NCBI GenBank assembly: GCA_951406725.2
Contig: OX597817.1
Span: 139,376,001 to 139,440,000 of the forward strand
From: Octopus vulgaris
Taxonomy: Eukaryota
Reading direction: 5' to 3'
Length of the DNA stretch: 64,000 bases
Below, piece by piece: positions 12,905 to 24,550 of the stretch. Both the position numbers and the translations under genes were made by a program. How positions within the stretch are numbered: position 1 is the first letter of the stretch; the number at the start of each line of letters is the position of its first letter. The notes under the pieces were generated by a model. The model did no database searches, was not told the DNA's origin, and worked only from the letters and a program-made list of their open reading frames with translations.

Positions 12905-13525
12905 CAGTTCTATATTTAAGAGATGAGGAATTATGTACATTATTTTACATTTGTCGGATGTTTGTCCTCATCTTGTTTGTTGTTAAATCAACGTTTTGGC
13001 TGATATACTACGCTCCAGTTTTCATCAGGTGTCTTGGGGAAATTTCAAACCTGGGTTCTCATTCCTAAGATATTTTTCGATATTATTATTATTATTATTA
13101 TTATTATTATCATTCATCATCATCATCATCGTTTAACGTCCGCTTTCCATGCTAGCATGGGTTGGACAATCTTGACTGAGGGCTGGCGAACCAGATGGCT
13201 GCACCAGGCTCCAATCTTGATCTGACAATTTCTACAGCTGGATGCCCTTCCTAATGCCAACCACTCCGAGAGTGTAGTGGGTGCTTTTTACGTGCCACCG
13301 GCACGGGGGCCAGTACCGACTGACTGGCAATGAGTTCGCTCGAATTTTTTTACACGTGCCACCAGCACAGGTGCCAGTGAAGCAACGTTGGTAATGATGA
13401 AAATAGGGAACGCTTCACGAATTTGCGTATCATCCTTATTATTATTATTATTCAGGTCACTGCCTGGAATCGAACTCGGAATCTTTTGAAGTTAGTAGCC
13501 CATGCTCTTAACCACTACATCATAT
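12905..13525 (-). mobile_element. tRNA-head/(AAT)n/hammerhead element (family H1) copy A, interrupted by a U6-RTE insertion
   Basis: Head 13525-13455 with TAGTGGTTAAG and GTTCGATTCC; body 13085-12905 with a decayed CTGATGA...CAGCC(A)AAACGTTG motif. Confidence 0.8.
13400..13437 (-). pseudogene. U6 snRNA 3'-terminal fragment (retrocopy)
   Basis: Minus strand AAGGATGATACGCAAATTCGTGAAGCGTTCCCTATTTT versus U6 as recalled, AAGGATGACACGCAAATTCGTGAAGCGTTCCATATTTT: 36/38 identical. Confidence 0.92.
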
Positions 13526-13689
13526 AGAGTATGTTTGCACTATTTCGTATGTGTTTGCTTCTTCCAAGTCCAGTATGTCAAAGATAAACTTTATCCAGTG
13601 ACGCCAATGTAGACCTTCACCTTGGATTTCAGATTTTACTTTTATCAATAATAATAATAATTCATTAACCAGTATGCCATATGCCCACA

Positions 13690-13931
13690 GGCATATGGCG
13701 TAGTGGTTAAGCACACAGGCTACTAACCCCAAGATTCTGAGTTTGATTCCAGGCAGTGACCTAAATAATAATAGTGATAATAATAATAACATCAAAAAAT
13801 ACCTTAGGAAAGAGAACCCAGGTTTGAAATTTCCCCAAGACACCCTGATGAAGGCTGGAGCATATATCAGCCAAAACATTGCGTTAACAACAAACAAGAT
13901 GAGGACAAATTTCCATCAAATGTAAATAATG
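13690..13931 (+). mobile_element. Family H1 copy B, head-to-head with copy A
   Basis: tRNA-like head 13690-13761, (AAT)n linker, body with CTGATGA-A-GGCTG..CAGCC-AAAA-CATT at 13839-13885. Confidence 0.8.
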
Positions 13932-16900
13932 AATGTTTTATTATATTCTGTTGTTACATTGAAATAATATGATATAGTCTAGAGTAGACTGTGGGAGTCA
14001 GCTCTGATGTAAGTCTGTAATTAGCAGATAACGAACTTAACCTCCTTCTGGGTTTGTCAGTGATATAAAATGGTAAATAACAACAACAGCTGGAATTAGA
14101 TATTGTGTTTCAGAAATGCTGAGTGTCAGATTTTTTACCATTCTTATCTCAAAAAAAGGAATGAGAATAAACATAGAAGTAAACTTTATCGTTGCACAAA
14201 TCGTTAAATGTCATCAAGATCGATGCTGTGTGATTTTCTTAAGCAAGCCTTGAATAAATCTGTGGTTGTTTAACCTTGGGTCAACCCTCAGCAAACAGAC
14301 AATCATAAAAAGCTTTCCATCTGTGAAAAGTGGTTGGCATTAGGAAAGGCACCCAACTGTAGAAATACCGAAACTGAGAAACCGGAAAAAGATATTTATG
14401 CGTGGTCTAATTTGTCCTTTTTTATGACAATAGAGTGTGATTTGAGGGAAATTTGGCTGATATTTTTAGCACTGACCAAAACGAGATAAACTTTCTTTGC
14501 TGTATGTCAGATTGTATTAACAGTTCTAATACTGACCCCTGACCCCCACTGTCTTCATATTTTAATGAAGCCTCATACTATGAATGATATCAGGACATTT
14601 CACTTGGTCCGTACCTTAAAAAAGAAAGACATACTGCATGGCACCTTGGGCAAGTATCTTCTGTTATGGCTCCAGGTTGACTTAACGCCTTGTGAAATGA
14701 TGATGATGTCCTTCCTTTTTATAAAGAAAGTTTGAGAGATTTGTCTGCTATTTCTAGCAAATCCAATGATTATCTGTACTCCCTTGTTGGGTCATGTGTG
14801 ACAATGAGTATCATCATCATCATCATAACTGCTTTAACATCCACTTGTCCTTACTTGCATGTGTCAAGCGGAATTTGTTGAGGCAGATTTTCTCTGGCTG
14901 GATGTTTTCCACCTATCACCAACACTTAGATGTTTCCAAGTAGGGTAAGATTACTCCCTGTGGCCAGTAAGGTAAGATTTCTCCCTGTGACAGTGGGGCT
15001 CATTTAAAACTATCCTGTTATGTCAAGACAAAGAAATACTGCATGCATGTGTGTGTGCGCACACACACACACACACACGCACATATATGATGGGCTTCTT
15101 TCAGTTTCCCTCTACCAAATACACTTACAAGGCTTAGTAGAAGACTCTTGCTCAGGGTGTGGTGGGACTGAACCTGAAACCACAGGATGTGGCCTTCTTA
15201 ACCACACAGCCACCCTGGGTTGAGTCAGTGAGATAGAAAGAAGAAATCTATCAAAACTCATCAAGAGTAAAATAATAATTTATTTTAATTTAATTTTAAT
15301 AGAAATGTTTACTTTTAATCAATACTGGTAAAAGATTGTTTATTTGGTGAAAATAATTGATTTAGAGATTGAAGCATTGTTACGCCGATCGATCACTTAG
15401 TTTATGAATGGATGTTGTTTAGCCCTAGGTCAACCATCATTGGGAAGACCTATGATCAAAGACATCCTGGCTGTGACCATCCCATCTGATTTATCTACAA
15501 CTACATTATCTAGTGTGTTCTTCCACCTTTTAAAACAATATGATGCAAGGCTGGCTTGGCTGCTATTTTTAACAAGTTGAACAACCCCATAGAGGCAACC
15601 TCATCAGTTCATGAAGATTACAGCCTGTAAGAGATAGGTGTGTCTAATTGTCTGAACAGCTTTAAATTTCCTCTCCTGTTTTACCTATTTGAAAGGTTAT
15701 CTCTTGCCTACACCTGCTCACAGCAGTTGAATGGTTGCAAAACTGGAGCATTGGTGCCAGTTTGGATAGAATTTCTTCTAATTCTGTATTTCTTTGCTAA
15801 CTTTACAAACTCCTTAGCGTTAGGTGAAGAAATGGTATAATGACTACGAAAGAATTAAGTTGTCATTGTTTTTTAGTGCCGATTTGGATTCCATTTGCTT
15901 ACCAAACTCTTAGCTGTAGACTGTAAATAAAACAATCTTCAAATTTTCTATTTATTTAGCCACCAGTTCGAAAGTCTGCAAAATGTTCTTTGCATTAAAT
16001 ATGCTAATTTTAACTCATCTGTGTGTGTGTGTGTATGTGTATATACACAGCAAATGTTTAAAATGTATCTGGTCACTTGTGTTATCCACGAATTTTACAA
16101 ACCAATGCAATCCCATCTCCTACCATTCATCTCATCCCTTTTGGGGGTCCATTATCTAATATGTATTGTTTTCTTTTCTTTTTTTTTTGTTTGTTTGTCT
16201 TTTCTGTTTCTCTCCTATAAATATCCCCCTCCACAACTACTCAGAAGTCGGTTGCCAACGCTTCTTTGACACACCTACTCTCATCAACTTACCCCTGACT
16301 CTGTTGAAACTCTACCGCCTCATGACAACCCTGCTGACTCAGTCTGAACTGATCTTTTCTTAGACACTGCTTCCTTCCTTCTTTCCTTCCTTCCTTCCTT
16401 CCTCTCTCTCTCTTCATCTTGCTTCCTGTCCCCCACATTTTTCTTTATGGAATTTCCTTCCGCCGTCTCTGTATCATTTCTTCTTTATTCTCCTTCATGA
16501 TTTTTCTTTCTGTCTCCCTCCCTTCCTTCCCTCCCTCCCTCCCTTCCCCTCTTACCCCCTTCCTCTTCTTGGCAGCTCTACAAATGAAGACTCTCTCTTC
16601 TTGCCTTTACACAGAAAACTGCTTCGGAAGATCAGTGGTTTCCACAAATGCAATGAATGGCAGCCTGTTTAAGAGCTTGACCACTCTGAAAATGGAATGA
16701 CCAGCACGGAGTCTGAGTTGTGTAATCTTTCTCTTGTTGTGTCTGCAATAAAATGCTACAATATTTTTTGAGGTGATGCGTTAAGCCTGACACATCATCT
16801 AATTTAACATTTCCTGTATAATGGGTACCTTTATCAGAGTTTGCAATGCTACAATCATTTGGATCCGAAGCTTAATTGGAAGTGAATTTCGGGTCTTTCA

Positions 16901-17942
16901 AAACCATTGTTATTATTATCTCTATGGCTTGGTTGGTTTGACAGGATCTGACAGCAGAGAACTGTGTCATGCTTCAGTGACAACTTTGGCATCGTTTCTT
17001 CAGATGGATACCTTTCTTAATGCTAACCAATTTTACAGAGTGTATTGTTTGCAGAGGGGGAGGTTTGTGGTGCCAGAAGGGAAATAAGTTGGTAACAGTT
17101 CTTAGTGGACAGGTGAAGAATGGTAAGTAAAAGGAGAGAACCGGGGGGGGGGGGGATATAGAAGGGAGCAGGGGAAAAGGAAAGAATTAATGATGAGTAT
17201 TGAGAAAAAAGGGCTGGGTTCTATAAAGAGGTATCTAGAGTTACCTAAAATAAGGGCAGAGTATGGAGCAAGGGTGAGGGAAAGGAGGGTAGGAAGAGAG
17301 CAATAGACTTGGGTCAAGAGGAAAGAAAGGGGCGGAGAGGTTGTGGTGAGAGTAGACTAGTTAAGGGGGGGGGGGGGGCAGAGAGGGCAGTGAGAGAAAA
17401 GGAAGCAGAAAGTGAGAGGCAGGAAAAGAGGGGAACAGTGTGAATGTTATGAAAGCATCTTAGATGGGGAGGCAGTCAACAGGAGGGAGAGAGAGAGAGA
17501 GAGAAGTGGTAGAGGGAAATAATGGGTTGGGGGCTGTGAGAGAAAGGAGTGGCTAGAATTGTATGTGTGGTTAGAGAAAAAAGTGCAAGTGGTGGAAGTG
17601 TTGGGTAGCAACCAATGTAACTCATAGAAGTGTGCTCTGAGTGATGAAGAGATGGGAATGATGGAGGAGATAAATGCAAGAGTGTATCTGTGAATCTTTG
17701 ACTGGGATTTGAACCTGTTGCTAGTGGCCTCTTAAGAGGTTGCTCTATCTTCTGCCACATAAGCCTGTATCTTTTTCTCCTCCGTTTATAATTAATACTC
17801 CTCTCCTGCAACTACATGGCTTCAAGAAACTCACCCAAAGCCACTAATTTCTAGTTGGATTATTTAATAATATCAATGCTGGAGTTACCTTAAGCCATAG
17901 TTTCTTATTATTATTATCCCCCCCCCCCCAGTAAAAGACCAG

Positions 17943-18364
17943 GTGGTTAAGAGCATGGGCTACTAACCCCAAGATTCTGAGTTCGATTCCAGGCAGTAAC
18001 ATCATCATCATCATTTAACGTCCATTTTCCATGCTAGCATGGGTTGGATGGCTCGACCAGGGTCTGGGAAGCCAGGAGGCTGCACCAGGCTCCAGTCTGA
18101 TCTGGCAGTGTTTCTACAGCTGGATGCCCTTCCTAACGCCAACCTGAATAATAATAATAATAATAATGATGATAATAATAATAACAACAACATCGAAAAA
18201 TATCTTAGGAATGAGAACCCAGGTTCGAAATTTCCTCAAGACACCTGATGAAGGCTGGTGGGTATATCAGCCGAAAAGTTGTGTTAACAACAAACAGGAT
18301 GAGGACAAATATCTGTCAAATATAAATAATGTACATAATTCCTCATCTCTTAAATATAGAACTG
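17943..18364 (+). mobile_element. Family H1 copy C, with an RTE tail inserted at 18001-18143
   Basis: Head GTGGTTAAGAGCATGGGCTACTAACCCC..GAGTTCGATTCC; ends at AAATATAGAACTG, the same terminal base as copy A. Confidence 0.8.
18240..18285 (+). ncRNA. Minimal type I hammerhead ribozyme motif
   Basis: GACAC-CTGATGA-A-GGCTG(GTGGGTATAT)CAGCC-GAAA-AG-TT-GTGTT: canonical CUGAUGA and GAAA cores, stem I GACAC/GTGTT, stem II GGCTG/CAGCC. Copy A retains the AACGTT palindrome. Confidence 0.7.
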
Positions 18365-21300
18365 AAGAAATAATCTTCTGGCCAATTTTGTTTCCTTTGA
18401 ACCCACTGCCATCTCATTTTCACAGACAAACTGTAGACATTCTATTCCTTACTGAGACACCTCTCTACCTCTACCTATCACTTATTCATATCTGTTGTCT
18501 ATATTTCACTCTATTCTTCAACTTTCTGTAATATGGTGTCTGCTGTTACGCATTGAATCCGCTCCCCTTACCATTCACCTCCATCATATTGACGTTTGTA
18601 GCAAATATCTGCAGTTAATTGGACTCAAATATTCCTCCATTCCTCTTAGCCGACACGAAGTTGTCATCACTTTTAGTAACTTCAATGTCACTTCTCTTGG
18701 CACACACATTTCACACCAATTCTACTGATGTAAGCACCATAGTCTTTACTAACTTGCGGAGTGACTTTCCGAATGCTGCTACCATTCTTTCACCCCCAGC
18801 TTCCAACACCAAACCGCTGCCTCCTCTTTCTACCTCTAAATCATCTGATCACAGCCTAATTAAGGTGGCTGAATGCGTTTTCTCTCCGTCCATTGAACAC
18901 ATTGCTATTTCAAGTCAGAGGGTTGTATGGTTAAGAAGTCTGCTTCCCAACCACATGGTTTCTGGTTCAGTCCCACTGCACAGTGCCTTGAGCAAGTATC
19001 TTTTACTATAGCCCTGGGCTTACCAAAGCCTTGAGAGTAGATTTGGTAAGAAAGAAACCTGCTGCTATGTGTGTGTGTGTGTGTATGTGTTTATATAATT
19101 ATTTATCAAGTCTGCCTGACTGGCTCCCATGCCGGTGGCATGTAAAAAGCACCATCTGAATGTGGCTGATGCCAGTACCCCCTGACTGGCCCCCGTGCTG
19201 GTGGCACATAAAAAGCACTATCCAAACATGATCGATGCCAAGTCCTTCTGACTGGCTCCTGTGCCAGTGGCACTTAAAAAACATCCACTACACTCTCGGA
19301 GTGGTTGGTGCTAGGAAGGGCATCCAGCTGTAGAAACACTGCCAGATCAGACTGGAGCCTGGTGCAGCCTCCTGGCTTCCCAGACCCCAATCGAGCTGTC
19401 CAACCCATGCCAGCATGGAAAACAGACGTTAAATGATGATGATTATCATCAGCGGAAGAATATATTTATGGTGAATTTAATGCCTTGATACCTGTGGATA
19501 CCACAGTTTTTTTGGCATCGGTGTGTAATTATTTTCTGTAGAACTGGCCTCAATCCAAAATATTACTCTTATAAATCTCTTGAGTTTTTAAAATATTTCT
19601 TTAGAATGTGGAAATTTTTGTATTGCATCATGGGTACATTTTGTGTTTTCCTTGTTTTCTTTTTTTTTTCAAGGGTTTTTACAAACTTTCACAAAAAAAG
19701 TATGGGTTTGCTGTTTCTACAAATTTCAATATTTACTTGGTTTACACACAGTAAAAGCATCACAGCTAATACTTATTGTCACTGTTGGCTTACTAACTGA
19801 AACCATTCACTCAGTCTGTATGTTATAATAACTGATAGAAATGTTGATTTCTCTCTGCTTCCCAACCACATGGTTCCAGGTTCAGTCCCACGGTGTGGCA
19901 ACTTGGGAAAGTGTTTTCTACTTTAACCTCAGGTCAACCAAAGCTTTATGAGTGGATTTGATAGATGAAAACTGAAAGAAGCCCACCATATATCTGTGTG
20001 TACGTGTGTGTGTTTATCCTCCACTACCACTTGGTAACCAGTGTTGGTGTGTTTACCTCCCCCGTAGCTTAGCTGTTCAGCAAAAGGCTTAAAAAAATAT
20101 AAAGTACTGGGTCAAGTGATGCTCAAGCATGGCCGCAGTCTAATGACTGAAACAAGTAAATGATAAAACATAGGGTGTGTAGGATGAGTGCGCATGGTGG
20201 GCTTGGTGACAGGCAATGGTAACTTTCGGAAAAATGCACATTTTTTGACGAAATTTTGCAGATGTACTTTTAAATGGAATAGATTGTGATGATGTTGACA
20301 AAATTTAGAACTATCAACATTTATTGTAAATATACAAATGAGAAATTTGTTGTATTTAATTACATTTTAAGGCAATAAATATTTTTGCTTTGTAAATTCA
20401 TATTAATTTCATCATTTTGTATCAACAGCAAAATCTTTGATAAAACTTCAATTAAAATTATCTTATTATATATTTCCTTATATTACCCATGGCTGTATTT
20501 TGAGTGTTACCTGTCATAGGGCAGGTAACATTCCAATACAGTTATAAGTACTGGGTAGCCATAGGTCGTTAGCAGAAATAGAGGAAGCACAGTATAATTA
20601 ATGTTTGGTAGTGTTAAGTTTGAATTCTAATGTGAATCAGTATGATTACTTCTGCCTTAGCGAAGGTGGAGGTATTGGTTTCAGTTCAGAAATGGAAAGA
20701 TAAGTTAGTCTCTATCTTCTCGCAATTGTATAAATCTAAGGTGGTTAGTGGAAGTATGGTATATATTTATTTCTTTACTACCCACAAGGGGCTAAACACA
20801 GGCGGGACAAACAAGAACAAATGGATTAAGTCGATTCATCGACCCCAGTGTGTAACTGGTACTTAATTTATCGACCCCAAAAGGATGAAAGGCAAAGTTG
20901 ACCTCAGCGGAATTTGAACCCAGAACGTAACGGCAGACGAAATATGGCTACGCATTTTGCCCGGCGTGCTAACAATTCTGCCAGCTCGCCGCCTTTGAGT
21001 ATGGTATATATTACCGAATCATACTCTTATGAGTGACAGCTGTAGTTTTTTTCTTTTCCTGCCCATTTATCAAATTGTAAACTCACATCTTTTTGCTGGA
21101 CACTCGACTGGTGAACCAACGGAATAACAGAGAACAACTGATTGGGGGTGGGAGGGGGTTAATTTTATTCTTTGAACTTTAGTACATGTAAAGCTGGTTT
21201 CTCATTTTCCATGTCTCGTAAGTGACCAACATCACAACATTTGCCCTGAACGGGATGCTGGTCCATTGCAAGGTTGAAGATTAGCAATTCTGAGGGGGAG

Positions 21301-24189
21301 GAGGAGGAGGCCAAGTTGATTACATCAACCCCAGTATTTGACTGGTACTCTTTTTATTGACCCTGAAGGGATGAAAGGGAAAACTGATCTCAGTTGAATT
21401 TGAACTCAGAACATAAACAACAAGAAATGATGCCAAGCATTTTGTCTGATCTGCCAAAGATTCTGCCATCTTGCCACTTTATTGCTATTTATGTGAGTAA
21501 TTAAGTATTTGTGTGTGTTTTTTTTAAATACACCTTCGACTGGAGTCATAATACAATTTAATTGTCACTCTTTGAACTTGTCATATTAATTATAGACAGG
21601 TGAGAACTGTGCTTAGTCTGTTGCATTTGGTTCACATACCTTTGTGCAATTACACCTGTGAGCTAGCATTTACAACTTTTAAATTGTACAATGACGAGTA
21701 TAATCATTGTTACTGCAATTTATTTGTTTTAGATCTTGTGTATCAATTTTCTGGGCTGGGATGGTGTCTCAGATTTCATCATCATCATCTTCAGGTGTTA
21801 AATTACTAATAAGCATGTTGTTAGCAATTCGTGTAATTTATATCTGGAAGGGGTTGTTTAAATAATGAAGTACCTTTACTTTATCATAGTAAATATATTG
21901 GTTATAGTTTATCAGCAGCAACTGTATAACATCTGTTTGGTTCTTCTGAACAGCTGTTTCTCTGTCTCTGTCCTTTATTAACTCACCTGTCAGGTGTAGT
22001 TTATGTAGATTTACTTTAACCATTGACTTCATTCAGAAAATTCATCAGCTTTGAACAACTACCATTTCTTTTATAACACTCAGTACTCCTCCTGCCTCTA
22101 GATCAGTGATGCTGTTACACACACAGACAATGGAGCACTACTCTTGTATCTGGGATGTTGATGTCGACAACTCTCCCGCCCCCACCACATCCTATCACAA
22201 ACACATGGTAAAAAAACCCTCTGACTCATTGGGAAACACTGACTCACTGAATCTCTCAGTGGACTCACTTTACTCTACCCATGCATTGTGGCTTCACTTT
22301 CTTTTATACGCTGCTACAACAACAGCTTCTGCTCCTCTTAACTTGCTACTTACACACCTCCATCTTCACCTCAGCCTACACAACATATACATCCTTCCTT
22401 TTCTAGTCACTAATGCCATCTTCTCCTGGCCACACATCACTCATCTTGACTAATCATCTCATTAATCAACGAAGATTAATATCTGTTCTGAGGTGAAATA
22501 AACATAAGCCCTTTTGCAATTTCTGTTCTGCTCACAATTTTCCGACAGACGCCAACCTGAAAATATTTAAATTAACATCAACCACATATCAATGTCACCA
22601 ATCTAAAGACTGACTTCGAAAGGTCATATATGCCCCAACCCCATCCTGGTTAAATCATAAAAGCATAAAACTGGCTCCCATGCCAGTGGCACATAAAAAG
22701 CACCATCTGTTCATGGCCAATGCCAGTACCTCCTGACTGGCTACCGTGCCAGTGACAGGTAAAAAGCACCGTCCGAATGTGGCTGATGCCAATGCCCCCT
22801 GACTAGCTCCTGTGCTGGTGTCACATAAAAAGCACCTTCCAAACGTGGCCAGTGCCAGTGCTCCATGACTGGCTCTCGTACTGGTGGTACATAAAAAGCA
22901 CCATCCAAATGTGGCCGGTGCCAGTGACACATAAAAAGCACCCACTACACTTTTGGAGTGATTGGTATTAGGAGGTGCATTCAGCTGTAGAACCCTTGCC
23001 AGATCAGATTGGAGCCTGGTGCAGCCTCCTGTCATTCCAGAACTCAGTCAAAGGCAAATGAATTTGGATAAGTCTCACCCCCCCCTTTCTTGACCTTCTC
23101 TCAACTTCCAGTCCATGGTGAAACACTTCTACTGACCTAACAGCTTTTATCTCTGACTTGTTTCAGTCATTAGACTGTGGTCATGCTGGGGCACTGCCTT
23201 GAAGAGTTTTTTGCTGAACAAATCAACTCCAGTACTTTATTCTCGACCCTAGAACTTATTCTATCAGTCTCTTTTACCAAACTGCTAAGTTACGGGGACA
23301 TAAACAAACCAGTACCAATTGTCAAGTAGTGGTGGTGGGGGACACAGACACGGACAAAAACACACACACACACATATGATGGGCTTCTTTCAGTTTCCAT
23401 CTACCAAATCCAGGCCCAAGGCTAAAGTAGAAGACATTTTCCTGAAGTGCCACACGATGAAATGAACCTGGAACCATGTAGTTGAGAAACAAGCTTCTTA
23501 ACGCACAGCCACATCTGCACCTATATAGAAATATGAATACTGGTTTGCTATCTGTTGGACTACAAGAGTGTGAGTTCAATCCCATCGCAGTAATTTCCCA
23601 GTTTTTATCAAGCAGGATACTCTATGCTACGTACCTTACTTTATTATGATGTTCCTGTTATTTTACTTTCCATCTGAGTGTGGCCTACAGAAATGGCTGA
23701 GGGTAAATCATCATCATCGTTTAACATCCGCTTTCCATGCTAGCATGGGTTGGACAGTTCGACTGGTGTCTGGGAAGCCAGGAGGCTGCACCAGGCCCAG
23801 TCTGATCTGGCAGTGTTTCTACAGCTGGATGCCCTTCCTAACGCCAACCACTCTGTGAATGTAGTGGGTGCTTTTTACGTGCCACCGGCACAGGTGCCAG
23901 GCGAGGCTGGCAATGGCCACGATTGGTTGGTGTTTTTTACGTGCCACCAGCATGGAAGCCAGTCGAGGCGGCGCTGGCAACAGCCACATTCGGATGGTTC
24001 TTTTACGTGCCACCGGCACTGGTATCACAGCTGCAATTTCCATTGATTTTTGATCGATTTCGATTTTGATTTTACTTGCCTCAACAGGTCTTCGCAAGCG
24101 GAGTATTGTGTCCCAAGAAGGAAAGGGTTACGTTCGGATGGTTCTTTTACGTGCCACCGGCACTGAAGTCGAAGGTCAGCAGGGATGAA

Positions 24190-24550
24190 GTATGACTGTG
24201 GTTAAGAAGCTTGCTTCCCACCCCTGTTGGTCTCAGGTTCAGTCCCATTGTGCAGTACCTGAGGCAAGTGTCTTCTACTACAGCCCCTCACTGAGCAAAG
24301 CCTTGTGGGTGGATTTGTGGGACAGAAACTGAAAGAAGCCCATTGTGTGTGTGTGTGTGTAAATGACCAGCGGTCATCACACAAGCAATGCTTTTTGTTT
24401 TCAGTCTTCCATTGAAACCATGTCCAGCAACCATGGGAAAACATGAAACAGGCAAGGATTGGCAACAGGAAGGACATCTAGCCATAGAAAATCTGACACA
24501 GTGAATTCCATCCGCTCCATGCAGGCATGGAAAAGTGGATGTTAAAATGA
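24190..24550 (+). mobile_element. tRNA-derived CORE-type SINE, family B (representative)
   Basis: Head TGTGGTTAAGAAGCTTGCTTCCCA..GGTTCAGTCCCA, CORE-like CCTTGGGCAAGTG block, internal (TG)n. Other copies at about 11150-11280, 18920-19060, 19855-20165, 23150-23520, 25720-26050, 30020-30590, 37950-38080, 48135-48290, 51000-52590, 58993-59130. Confidence 0.8.

Noticed and set aside
13690-13761. Possible tRNA gene
   Set aside because: No proper acceptor stem and always attached to the (AAT)n/hammerhead body; it is a SINE-like head.
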